The notes under the pieces were generated by a model. The model was not told the origin of the DNA. It saw only the letters and a list, made by a program, of their open reading frames with translations, and made no database searches. Source: Gemmatimonadota bacterium (GTDB lineage: Bacteria > Gemmatimonadota > Gemmatimonadetes > Longimicrobiales > RSA9). Taken from it: a stretch of DNA of 62,048 nt. Positions 1 to 10,086 of this stretch are shown piece after piece (position 1 is the first letter of the stretch; each line of letters begins with the position of its first letter). A program made the translations under genes and the position numbers. Location: assembly GCA_040905425.1 (NCBI GenBank), contig JBBDRO010000007.1, positions 1-62,048 on the forward strand, written 5' to 3'.

Positions 1-217
1 ATTCGTCCCCGGGGGGTAGCGCGCTTCCCCACTCTCTGAATACAATAGGAAGCGACGCCGCGGATGGGGTGCGTGCCTATCGCTCACCCGTTCGCGGCGT
101 TGCCGTCCCCGCCGGTGGCACCTCCAGGCCCCCGTGGCGGCGGTGCCGTGGCCGCCCGCCCCCGCCCTGGAAGGCTCCTCCGGCAGACCGTGACGTCCGT
201 GCTACCCGACCGCAGGA

Positions 218-1174
218 GTGGCCGTGAAGCTCACCACCGCCATCGCGCTCTCGTCGTGCGCCACCCTAAGCGGCGTCCTGGCCCTCGGTCTGGCCGGGTG
301 GCCCGCCTCCGGCACCGGCGAGCCGGACGTTCGGAACGGGGCCGCCGCGGCCGCGCACGCGCCACTCGCCACCGGTCCCGCGGCCGCGGATGCCGCCCGG
401 GCCCTCAGCCCCGCAGCGAGCGCGGGGCCGACCGCGCCACCGCTCCGCTTCATTGCCGTCGATCCACTCGCCGCGGACGACCAGGCCGGCACCGTGCGCC
501 GCCCCACCAACAGTTTTGTCTTCACGCGCGCCATCTACTCGGGGCGGGGTCGCGGTGGCTGGGGGGGTCGGGGCCGCGGCAGCTGGGCCACGGATTACCC
601 GAAGGCGGACAACCAGTTCAACGTGGTGCTCCAGCGGCTGGTGGACATCGACGCCTACGGGGATGCCAACGCCATCACGCTGGACGATCCGGACGTGCGG
701 CGCTTCCCCATGCTCTACGCGCTGGAGGTGGGCGGCATGGCCATGACCGCCGCCGAGGTGGCGGGGTTGCGGAGCTACCTGCTGCAGGGTGGCTTTCTGA
801 TGATCGACGACTTCTGGGGCACGAGTGAATGGCGCAACTTCGAGCGGGAGATCCGGCGCGTGCTCCCCGAGTACCAGATCCAGGAGATCCCGCTGGATCA
901 CCCGATCTTCAGCGCCTTCTACCAGATCGACACCATCATCCAGGTGCCGGCGGTGGGCAACTGGCGCGGCGGACGGACCTGGGAGGGTGACGGGGTCACG
1001 CCGCACGTGCGCGGCATCTTCGATGATGACGGCCGTCTGCTCGTGGCCATCAACTGGAATACCGACCTGGGGGACGCCTGGGAGTGGGCCGAGCAGCCCG
1101 ACTACCCGCTCGAGTTCTCCACCTACGCCTTTCAGGTGGGCGTCAACTACATTGTCTACGCCATGAGCCACTAG
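218..1174 (+). CDS. DUF4159 domain protein, signal peptide
   Basis: N-terminal hydrophobic leader, Ala/Pro linker, then F.F.R..Y...W.TDYP.AD, LRSYLLQGGFLMIDDFWG, HPIF..FY, NTDLGDAWE, GVNYIVYAMSH as recalled for DUF4159. Confidence 0.8.
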   Translation: MAVKLTTAIALSSCATLSGVLALGLAGWPASGTGEPDVRNGAAAAAHAPLATGPAAADAARALSPAASAGPTAPPLRFIAVDPLAADDQAGTVRRPTNSFVFTRAIYSGRGRGGWGGRGRGSWATDYPKADNQFNVVLQRLVDIDAYGDANAITLDDPDVRRFPMLYALEVGGMAMTAAEVAGLRSYLLQGGFLMIDDFWGTSEWRNFEREIRRVLPEYQIQEIPLDHPIFSAFYQIDTIIQVPAVGNWRGGRTWEGDGVTPHVRGIFDDDGRLLVAINWNTDLGDAWEWAEQPDYPLEFSTYAFQVGVNYIVYAMSH

Positions 1175-1188
1175 GAAGAGAGCCGTCG

Positions 1189-3486
1189 TTGGAGCGCATC
1201 TTCAGTTTCTTCTTCAAATACCGGCCGATCGTCTTCCAGGAAGGCACCCTCGGTTTCGGGGCGCCGGTCCCCGGTTGGGTACTGCTGGTGGCGGGCGGGC
1301 TGGTGCTCGGCGCCACCGCCTATACGTATGCCCGCGCCCGGGCCAACACCCGCCCGGTGGACCGCGTGGTGCTGGCCGGCCTCCGTACGGGCGTCGTGGC
1401 GCTCCTGCTCTTTGCCCTGGCGCGGCCGTTCCTGGCGGTGCCGACCGTGGTGGAGCAGCAGAACTTCGTGGGCGTGCTCATCGACGACTCGCGCAGCATG
1501 CGCGTGGCGGACGAGGGGGAGGGCCTGACGCGCGCCGACCTGGTGCGCCACGCCTTTGGCACGGGTGAGGAGGCGGGGGAGATCGCGGCGGCGCTGGCCG
1601 AGCGCTTCCAGGTCCGCTACTTCGGCTTCTCCGCGGAGACCGGCCGCGTGGAGTCACTCGACGAGCTGGGCTGGGAGGGCACCCATACGCGGGTGGGCGG
1701 CGCCCTGGAGCACGCCCGCGACGATCTCTCCACGGTGCCGCTCTCCGGGCTGGTGCTGGTGAGCGACGGCGCGGACAACTCCGGTGAGGCGCTCTCCGCG
1801 GCGCTGCTCTCCCTCAAGGCGCAGCGCCTGCCCGTCTACACGGTGGGGGTGGGCCACGAGAAGTTCGAGCAGGACATCGAACTGCGGCGGGTGGGCACGC
1901 CGCGGCGCGTCCTGGAGGGCGCCGCCGTGGTGGCCGACCTGGTGGTGGCGCACTCCGGCTACGGCGGGGAGACGGTGGAGGTGCTGGTGGAGGACGGCGG
2001 CGTGATCGTGGGCCGCGAGGAGGTGGAGCTGCCCGCCGCCGAGGAGCCCACCGTGGTGCGCGTGCACTTCACGGCCGCGGCCGCCGGCGCGCGGCGCTTC
2101 GTCTTCCGCGTGCCGCTCCAGGACGGCGAGCTGGTGACGCGCAACAACGAGCAGGCCGCCGTCATCCACGTGGAGGAGAACCGCAAGAAGATCCTCTACT
2201 TCGAGGGCGAGCCGCGCTGGGAGGTGGGCTTCATGCGGCGCGCGGTGGCAGACGACCCGAACCTGCAGCTCGTGGTGCTGCAGCGCACGGCGCCCGACAA
2301 GTACCTGCGCATGAACGTGGACAGCGCCACCGACCTGCTGGGCGGCTTCCCCACCACCCGCGAGGAGCTCTTCCGCTACCGGGGGCTCGTCCTGGGCAGC
2401 GTGGAGGCCAGCCACTTCACCCACGATCAGCTCCGCATGATCGCCGACTTCGTGGGCCTGCGCGGCGGCGGCTTCCTCATGCTGGGCGGGCGGCGGGCCT
2501 TTGCCGAGGGCGGCTGGGCGGGCACCCCGGTGGCGGACGTGCTGCCGGTGGAGCTGGACGGCGCCACCCAGGGGGACACGAGCTTCTACTCGCCGGTCAA
2601 GGTGGGACTCACGCGCGCCGGCTCCGCCCACCCCATCCTGCGCCTGGCCGACACCGACGAGGCCTCGGCGGAGCACTGGGGCGAGCTGCCCGAGTTGAAC
2701 ACCTTCAACCGGGTGGGGCGCATCAAGCCGGGCGCCACGGCGCTGCTCACGGGCCGCGGGGACGGTCTGCGCGGCGAGCAGGTGGTGCTGGCCCATCAGC
2801 GTTTCGGCCGCGGGGTGTCCATGGCGCTGCCGGTGGAGAACCTCTGGCTCTGGCAGATGCACGCGGACATTCCGCTGGAGGACCTCACCCACGAGACCTT
2901 CTGGCGCCAGCTGCTGCGTTGGCTGGTGACGGACGTGCCGGGGCAGGTCACCGTGGCGCTGGCCTCCGACCGCGTGGCGCCCGGCGAGCCGCTCGAGCTG
3001 CGCGCCACCGTGGACGACGAGACCTACCTGCGCGTCAACGACGGCACCGTGAACGCGCACGTGATCTCTTCCATCGGCGAGGCGTCGGTCGTGCCCCTGC
3101 GCTGGACGGTGCGCGCGGATGGCGAGTACCGCGGCACCTTCACCGCCATGGAGCCCGGCATCCACGAGATCCGCGTGGAGGCCACCCGGCCCGGCAGCAG
3201 CCACGTGATGACGGACGTGGCGTGGGTCTCCGTGGAGGAGAGCCAGGCCGAGTACTTCGAGGCGCAGATGCGCCCGGCCGCGCTGCGGCGCATCGCGGAG
3301 GAGACGGGCGGCCGCTTCTACACGCCGGCCAACCTGGCCAACCTCCCCGAGGACATCTCCTACACCGGGCAGGGCATCACCGTGATCGAGGAGCGGGACC
3401 TGTGGAACATGCCCATCCTCTTCCTGCTGCTGATCGGCCTGGTGGGCGCGGAGTGGGCCTTCCGCCGCATGCGGGGGCTGGCATGA
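1189..3486 (+). CDS. Membrane-anchored vWA + glutamine-amidotransferase-like domain protein
   Basis: Start moved to TTG 1189 after the upstream stop. Two N-terminal TMs, MIDAS DDSRS, LVSDG, GGGFLMLGG GATase1-like segment, C-terminal TM (EWAFRR). Confidence 0.75.
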   Translation: MERIFSFFFKYRPIVFQEGTLGFGAPVPGWVLLVAGGLVLGATAYTYARARANTRPVDRVVLAGLRTGVVALLLFALARPFLAVPTVVEQQNFVGVLIDDSRSMRVADEGEGLTRADLVRHAFGTGEEAGEIAAALAERFQVRYFGFSAETGRVESLDELGWEGTHTRVGGALEHARDDLSTVPLSGLVLVSDGADNSGEALSAALLSLKAQRLPVYTVGVGHEKFEQDIELRRVGTPRRVLEGAAVVADLVVAHSGYGGETVEVLVEDGGVIVGREEVELPAAEEPTVVRVHFTAAAAGARRFVFRVPLQDGELVTRNNEQAAVIHVEENRKKILYFEGEPRWEVGFMRRAVADDPNLQLVVLQRTAPDKYLRMNVDSATDLLGGFPTTREELFRYRGLVLGSVEASHFTHDQLRMIADFVGLRGGGFLMLGGRRAFAEGGWAGTPVADVLPVELDGATQGDTSFYSPVKVGLTRAGSAHPILRLADTDEASAEHWGELPELNTFNRVGRIKPGATALLTGRGDGLRGEQVVLAHQRFGRGVSMALPVENLWLWQMHADIPLEDLTHETFWRQLLRWLVTDVPGQVTVALASDRVAPGEPLELRATVDDETYLRVNDGTVNAHVISSIGEASVVPLRWTVRADGEYRGTFTAMEPGIHEIRVEATRPGSSHVMTDVAWVSVEESQAEYFEAQMRPAALRRIAEETGGRFYTPANLANLPEDISYTGQGITVIEERDLWNMPILFLLLIGLVGAEWAFRRMRGLA

Positions 3487-4472
3487 GGCGCGTCTTTCTA
3501 GCGACGATGCTCGTCATGTTCCTGGCGCCGGCGCACGCGGCCGGCCAGAGCCACCTCCTCGTGGTGAGCGGCCTGGGCGGCGAGGCGCGCTACACGGAGT
3601 GGTTCACCGAGTGGGGCGCCACCCTGGTGGACGCGGCGGAGGAGAGCTACGGCATGCCCGCCGCCAACGTGACCTTCCTGGCCGAGCGGACGGAGCTGGA
3701 CCCCGAGCGCATCGACGGGCGTTCCACGAAGGCCGAGATCGAGGCGGCCTTCCGCGCGCTGGCCGCGCGCTCCCGGCCGGGGGAAACGGTCGTGGTGGTC
3801 CTCATGGGCCATGGCGCCGTGGGCGGCGCGGGGCCCCGGGTCAACCTGCCGGGGCCGGACCTCACCGCGACGGAGTGGGCCGCCCAGCTTGACCGCCTGG
3901 ACGGCCGGCGCGTGGCCTTCGTGAACACCGCCAGCTCCAGCGGCGCCTTTCTGGAGGCCGTGGCGGCCCCCGAGCGGGTGGTGGTCACCGCCACGAAGAG
4001 CGGCATGGAGCGCAACGAAGCGGTCTTCGGCCGCCACTTCGCCGCCGCCTTCGCCGGGGACGGCGCGGACACGGACAAGGACGGGCGCGTCTCCCTGCTG
4101 GAAGCCTTTGTCTACGCGCGGGCCGAGACCGCCCGCGAGTACGAGGATGACAACAAGCTCCTCACGGAGCACGCCGTCCTGGATGACGATGGGGACGGCA
4201 AGGGCGCGGAGGCGTTCACGCCGGACGGCGAGGGCAGGCTGGCCAGCATCCTCTTCCTGGGCGATCCCGCCGCGGCACGGGCCGGCGCCGATGCGCCTCC
4301 CGAGCTGCGCGCGGCACTGGAGCGGAAGCGCGTGCTCGAGGGACAGCTGGCGGAGCTGCGCGCCCGGCGCGCGAGCATGGACCCCGCCGCCTACCAGGCG
4401 GCGCTCGAGGACGTCCTGGTGGGCATTGCGGAGGTGGACGAGGAGATCCGCCGGCTGGGCGGCGGCGGATGA
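3483..4472 (+). CDS. Secreted caspase/clan CD-fold protein, Cys replaced, with EF-hand-like loop
   Basis: ATGA overlap at 3483, signal peptide MRRVFLATML..AHAAG, hydrophobic strand + GHG, NTASSSG at the expected Cys site, DTDKDGRVSLLE loop, coiled-coil tail. Confidence 0.6.
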   Translation: MRRVFLATMLVMFLAPAHAAGQSHLLVVSGLGGEARYTEWFTEWGATLVDAAEESYGMPAANVTFLAERTELDPERIDGRSTKAEIEAAFRALAARSRPGETVVVVLMGHGAVGGAGPRVNLPGPDLTATEWAAQLDRLDGRRVAFVNTASSSGAFLEAVAAPERVVVTATKSGMERNEAVFGRHFAAAFAGDGADTDKDGRVSLLEAFVYARAETAREYEDDNKLLTEHAVLDDDGDGKGAEAFTPDGEGRLASILFLGDPAAARAGADAPPELRAALERKRVLEGQLAELRARRASMDPAAYQAALEDVLVGIAEVDEEIRRLGGGG

Positions 4473-7090
4473 GGCTGGCCGCGCTCCTCTCGGTGGTGGC
4501 GCTGGGCGCCCTCATGGCGCAGCCGGCGTGCGCGCGCCAGACACCGCAGGGGGACGGCTTCGCGCTGCTCCGGAGCGGCGCGTACGACGAGGCCATCGAC
4601 GCCTTCCGGGCCGAACTGCGCCGGGAGGAGGACGTGCGCGTCCGCAAGGGGCTGGTCACCGCACTGGCCGAGGTGGGCCGCTACGAGGACGCCGCGGAAG
4701 CGGCGCGGGCGGGCAATGACGTAGCGCTTGCCAATACCCTGGGTGAGGTGCTGCTGGCCGTGGGCGAGCGCGCCGCCGCGGAGGCCGCCTTCCGCGCCGC
4801 GCTGGAGGGCGCGGCCGCCGACTCCCTGGACGCGCGGGCCAACCTGGGCATGCTACTGCTGGCGCGGGGCCGGCGGGACGCCGCCCACGCTGAATTCCAG
4901 CGCTTCTTCGGCTACTACAACCAGAACGTGGCCACGAGCGCGGAGGAGCTGGCGGCCACCGCGCGCGCCGTGCGGGAGCTGGGCGCCACCAACGCGCAGC
5001 TCTTCCACGACGCGCTGCGCGCGCTCGACGAAGCGCTGGCCGCCGAGCCGGAGTACCTGGAGGCGCGGCTGCTCATCGGCGAGCTGTTCGCGGAGAAGTA
5101 CCAGTTCGGTGAGGCCAAGGCGGCCTTCCAGCAGATCCTGGCCGTGAATCCGCGCCAGCCGCGAGCCCTGACCGGGCTGGCCCGCGCCAGCCTCTATGAC
5201 GCCGGGGACGAGGCCATCGAGTACCTGCGGGCGGCGCTCGAGGTGAATCCCAACCTGGTGCCTGCCCGCGCGCTGCTGGCCCGCCTCTACCTGACGGGTG
5301 AGTCCTTCGCGCCCGCCGAGCGCGAGGCGGAGCGCGCGCTCGCCGTGGATGGCACGAACCTGCAGGCGCTCGGCGTGCTGGCGGCCACGCGCTTCCTGGG
5401 CCGGGACATGGAGGGCTATCGGGAGCTGCGCGCCCGGGCGCTGGAGGCCAATCCGGCGGGCAGCCGCTTCTTCACCACCGTGGGCGAACTGGCGGTGCAG
5501 CACCGGCGCTACCGGGAGTCGGTGGAGCTGGCGGCGGAGGCTACCACGGTCGACTCGCTGGACTGGAACGCCTGGGGGCTGCTGGGGCTGAACGAGCTGC
5601 GCCTGGGCCGCGTGGACGACGCGCGCACGCACCTCGAGCGGGCGTTCGCGGGAGACCCCTTCCACGTCTGGATCAAGAACTCGCTGGACCTGATGGACAC
5701 CTACAGCGGCTACGCCACGGTGGCCACCGAGAACTTCGAGCTCTTCCTGGAGGAGCCGGAGGCCGAGCTGCTGGCCGTCTACCTGGGGCCGCTGGCGGAG
5801 GAGGCCTACGCGGGGCTGGCGGCGCGCTACGGCTACCGGCCGGAGACGCCCGTGCGGGTGGAGGTCTACCCCAGCCACGCCGACTTCTCGGTGCGCACGG
5901 TGGGCCTGGCGGGGCTGGGCGCGCTCGGCGTGGCCTTCGGCAACGTGCTGGCCATGGACTCCCCCAAGGCGCGGGAGGCGGGCACCTTCAACTGGGGCTC
6001 CACCTTCTGGCACGAGCTGGCCCACTCGGTCACGCTGGGGGTCACGGACCACGCCGTGCCGCGCTGGCTGACCGAGGGGATCAGTGTGGCCGAGGAGCGC
6101 CGCGCCCGCCCCGGCTGGGGGGATGACCCCGGACTGTCCTTCCTGGTTGCCTTCAACGCGGACCGGCTGTTGCCGGTGGCCGAACTGAACCGCGGCTTCA
6201 CGCGGCCCGCGTATCCGGAGCAGATCCAGCACGCCTACCTGCAGTCCTCGCTGGTGGTGGAGCTGATCGAGCGGGAGTGGGGCTTCGCCGCCGTGCGGCG
6301 CATGCTGGACGGCTACCGGCAGGGGCGGAGCACCGCGGCCATCTTCGGGGACGTGCTGGACGAGGACCCCGAGGATTTCGACACGCGTTTCGAGGACTTC
6401 CTGCGCGCGCGCTACGGGCGCGTGCTGGCGGGGCTGCCCGCGGGGGATGCCGCCGCCGAGATGCTGGCCACGCGCACCTTCGTGGCCGGCGCCGAGCCGG
6501 GCGCCGACGACTTCATGAGCCAGCTGAAGCGCGGGGAGCAGCTCCTGGCGGAGGACCGGCCGGAGGCGGCGCGCCCCTACCTGGAGCGCGCCCGGGACAT
6601 CTTCCCGGGCCATGCTCCCACGGGTGGCGGGCCCTACCTCCTGCTGGCCGGCCTGGCCGAGGCGCGCGGGGAGCTGGCGGACGCGGCCCGTGAGCTGGCC
6701 GCCCACGTGGCCGTCAACGAGAGTGACTACGCGGCCCATCTGGAGGTGGCCCGCCTGTACGAGGAAAGCGGAGACAGCGCGGCCGCCGCCGGCGTGCTCG
6801 AGGCGGCCATGTACATCTGGCCCTACGATCTGGAGCAGCACCAGCGCCTGGCCCTGCTCCACCGGGCGGCGGGTGACCCGGGCGGCGAGGTCCAGGAGCG
6901 GCGCGCTATCGTGGCGCTCCGGCCCGTGGACATGGCGCAGGCGCGCTACGAGCTGGCCGCCGCCCTGCACCGGGCGGGGGACGCCGAGGGCGCCCGCACG
7001 GAGGTCATCCGCGCGCTGGAGATCGCGCCCAGCTTTCCGGACGCGCAGCGGCTGCTGCTGGAGCTGCGCCGGGGCGGGGGGGCACCGTGA
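4469..7090 (+). CDS. Secreted TPR-repeat protein with gluzincin (MA/M1-like) zinc peptidase domain
   Basis: Signal peptide, many TPR-like helical repeats, HELAH followed by PRWLTEG third ligand. Confidence 0.8.
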   Translation: MRLAALLSVVALGALMAQPACARQTPQGDGFALLRSGAYDEAIDAFRAELRREEDVRVRKGLVTALAEVGRYEDAAEAARAGNDVALANTLGEVLLAVGERAAAEAAFRAALEGAAADSLDARANLGMLLLARGRRDAAHAEFQRFFGYYNQNVATSAEELAATARAVRELGATNAQLFHDALRALDEALAAEPEYLEARLLIGELFAEKYQFGEAKAAFQQILAVNPRQPRALTGLARASLYDAGDEAIEYLRAALEVNPNLVPARALLARLYLTGESFAPAEREAERALAVDGTNLQALGVLAATRFLGRDMEGYRELRARALEANPAGSRFFTTVGELAVQHRRYRESVELAAEATTVDSLDWNAWGLLGLNELRLGRVDDARTHLERAFAGDPFHVWIKNSLDLMDTYSGYATVATENFELFLEEPEAELLAVYLGPLAEEAYAGLAARYGYRPETPVRVEVYPSHADFSVRTVGLAGLGALGVAFGNVLAMDSPKAREAGTFNWGSTFWHELAHSVTLGVTDHAVPRWLTEGISVAEERRARPGWGDDPGLSFLVAFNADRLLPVAELNRGFTRPAYPEQIQHAYLQSSLVVELIEREWGFAAVRRMLDGYRQGRSTAAIFGDVLDEDPEDFDTRFEDFLRARYGRVLAGLPAGDAAAEMLATRTFVAGAEPGADDFMSQLKRGEQLLAEDRPEAARPYLERARDIFPGHAPTGGGPYLLLAGLAEARGELADAARELAAHVAVNESDYAAHLEVARLYEESGDSAAAAGVLEAAMYIWPYDLEQHQRLALLHRAAGDPGGEVQERRAIVALRPVDMAQARYELAAALHRAGDAEGARTEVIRALEIAPSFPDAQRLLLELRRGGGAP

Positions 7091-8097
7091 GGGCGCCGCG
7101 CGGGCGCACGCTCACGCTGGCCCTCGGGCTCACGGGCGCCATCGGCCTGGCGGGCGCCGGGGTGGCGCTCATGCCGGCGGACAACGCCAGAGCGCCGGCC
7201 GCCGGCTCCACCTACGTGACGGCGCCGGCAGGGGCCGAAGACAACGCGCATGTGACGGCGCCGCGAGGCGCCGAAGTTGGTCCCCCGCGCGCAGCGGCAG
7301 CGCCCGACGCGCCGCTCCCGACCGGCGCGGTGGCGGTGCGCGAAGCGCTGGCGCGCACGGGGATGGGGACGGGGGACGTCGCTTACATGACGCCGCCCCA
7401 GCGGGTGATCTGCGGCAAGAACCGCAACGAGGAGTACACGGGGCGCTTCACCTTCGTGCGCATCTTCTGGGAGGAGCGCATGGGGCGGAGCCGCTTTCAG
7501 CGCGAGCCCAACTGGCACCACGACTGCCCGTACTCGGAGTCCAACCTGACCAGCGTGCTCGGCGCCATGACCACGCTCACGCCGCACATCGGTGGGAGCG
7601 TGTACGAGTTTGGCGACGAGGACCTGTACCGCTACCCGCTGGCCTACGTCTCGGAAGTGGGCTTCTGGGAGCCGAGCGAGCGGGAGATCGAGCACCTGCG
7701 GGCGTATATGCTCAAGGGCGGGCTCGTGATCTTCGACGATTTCGACGGCAACGCCGAGATCGCCAATCTGGCGCGCATCCTGAACCGCGCGGTGCCGGAG
7801 GCCCGGCTGCGCGAGCTGAGCGTTGCGGATCGGGTCTTCAACAGCTTCTTCGAGGTGGACCCCGACTCGCTCCGTCTGGGGCCGAGCGGCGGGGGCGGCT
7901 CCGGCCGCAACATGCCCGTCTACCTCGGCCTCTTCGAGGATGACGATCCGGACAAGCGGCTCATGGTGCTGGCCTTTGCCAACAATGACGTGGGCGAGTA
8001 CATGGACTACAACCCGCGGGGCTTCTCCGTGGTGAACATGAACAACGACGCGTACAAGCTGGGCGTCAATATGATCATCTACGCACTGACGCACTGA
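7087..8097 (+). CDS. DUF4159 domain protein (second paralogue)
   Basis: GTGA overlap. FTFVRI, WHHDCP, LRAYMLKGGLVIFDDF, NNDVGEY, GVNMIIYALTH parallel the motifs of 218..1174. Confidence 0.8.
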   Translation: MRAPRGRTLTLALGLTGAIGLAGAGVALMPADNARAPAAGSTYVTAPAGAEDNAHVTAPRGAEVGPPRAAAAPDAPLPTGAVAVREALARTGMGTGDVAYMTPPQRVICGKNRNEEYTGRFTFVRIFWEERMGRSRFQREPNWHHDCPYSESNLTSVLGAMTTLTPHIGGSVYEFGDEDLYRYPLAYVSEVGFWEPSEREIEHLRAYMLKGGLVIFDDFDGNAEIANLARILNRAVPEARLRELSVADRVFNSFFEVDPDSLRLGPSGGGGSGRNMPVYLGLFEDDDPDKRLMVLAFANNDVGEYMDYNPRGFSVVNMNNDAYKLGVNMIIYALTH

Positions 8098-8126
8098 ATT
8101 CACGGACGGACCGACCAGGGGGAATT

Positions 8127-9164
<1,038 letters not shown>

Positions 9165-9165
9165 C

Positions 9166-10086
9166 GTGCGCCTGGCACCCGCCCGCGGGCAGAAGTCCGG
9201 CGCGTCCTTCGTGGACCCCGCCGTGCTGGCGCGCATCGACAATCTCGAGCTGCTGGCGCGCACCGTGGTGGACGGCTTCATCAACGGGCTGCACCGCTCG
9301 CCGTACCTGGGGCTCTCCGTCGACTTCGCGGAGCACCGTCCCTACATGCCCGGCGACGACATCCGGCGCATCGACTGGCGCCTGTGGGGCCGCACGGACC
9401 GCTACTACGTGAAGGAGTTCGAGGCGGACACGAACACCAACTTCGTGTGCCTGCTGGACACCTCTGCCTCCATGGGGTATGGCAGCCACGCGGTGAGCAA
9501 GCTGGAGTACGGGAAATTTCTGGCCGCGTCGCTCACTTATTTCTCACACGGGCAGCGGGACCGGGTGGGCATGGTGACCTTTGACGACGCCATCCGGGAC
9601 TACGTGCCACCCTCGGCCAAGCATCTGGACGTCATCCTGCACACGGTGGATCGGGCCCGTGCCGGCAACAAGGGTGCGCTGGAGGCCCCGCTGGTCAAGA
9701 CGGCGGAGGCGCTCGGCCGGCGCGGCATCGTGGTGCTCATCTCGGACCTCTACGAGCCGCCCGAGGCGGTCATCCACGCGGTACGGCACCTGCGTTCGAA
9801 GGGGAACGATGTGATCGTCTTTCATGTACTGGATCCATGGGAGCTGGACTTCCCCTTTGAGGACGCGGGCAACTTCCAGGACGTGGAGACCGGGCAGATC
9901 GTGCCCGTGGTGCCGGCCACGCAGCGGGAGCGCTACCGCGAGCTGGTGCGCGCCCACTCCGCCGAGCTGGCGGAGCGCTTCACCAAGGAGCGGGTGGACT
10001 ACGCCTTGCTGGACACCTCCAAGCCCCTGGACGTGGCGCTCTTCCAGTACCTGTCCACGCGTGAACGCCTGAGCCGGGTCCGCTGA
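9166..10086 (+). CDS. DUF58 / vWA-like protein
   Basis: G.H.S...G.S.DFAEHRPY.PGDDIRRIDW, YVKEFE, MIDAS DTSAS, ISD. Directly follows moxR. Confidence 0.92.
   Translation: MRLAPARGQKSGASFVDPAVLARIDNLELLARTVVDGFINGLHRSPYLGLSVDFAEHRPYMPGDDIRRIDWRLWGRTDRYYVKEFEADTNTNFVCLLDTSASMGYGSHAVSKLEYGKFLAASLTYFSHGQRDRVGMVTFDDAIRDYVPPSAKHLDVILHTVDRARAGNKGALEAPLVKTAEALGRRGIVVLISDLYEPPEAVIHAVRHLRSKGNDVIVFHVLDPWELDFPFEDAGNFQDVETGQIVPVVPATQRERYRELVRAHSAELAERFTKERVDYALLDTSKPLDVALFQYLSTRERLSRVR

Noticed and set aside
22..54. TACAAT -10 box within a CGCTTCC/GGAAGCG inverted repeat upstream of the MoxR operon
   Set aside because: No recognisable -35 and upstream context is cut by the window edge.
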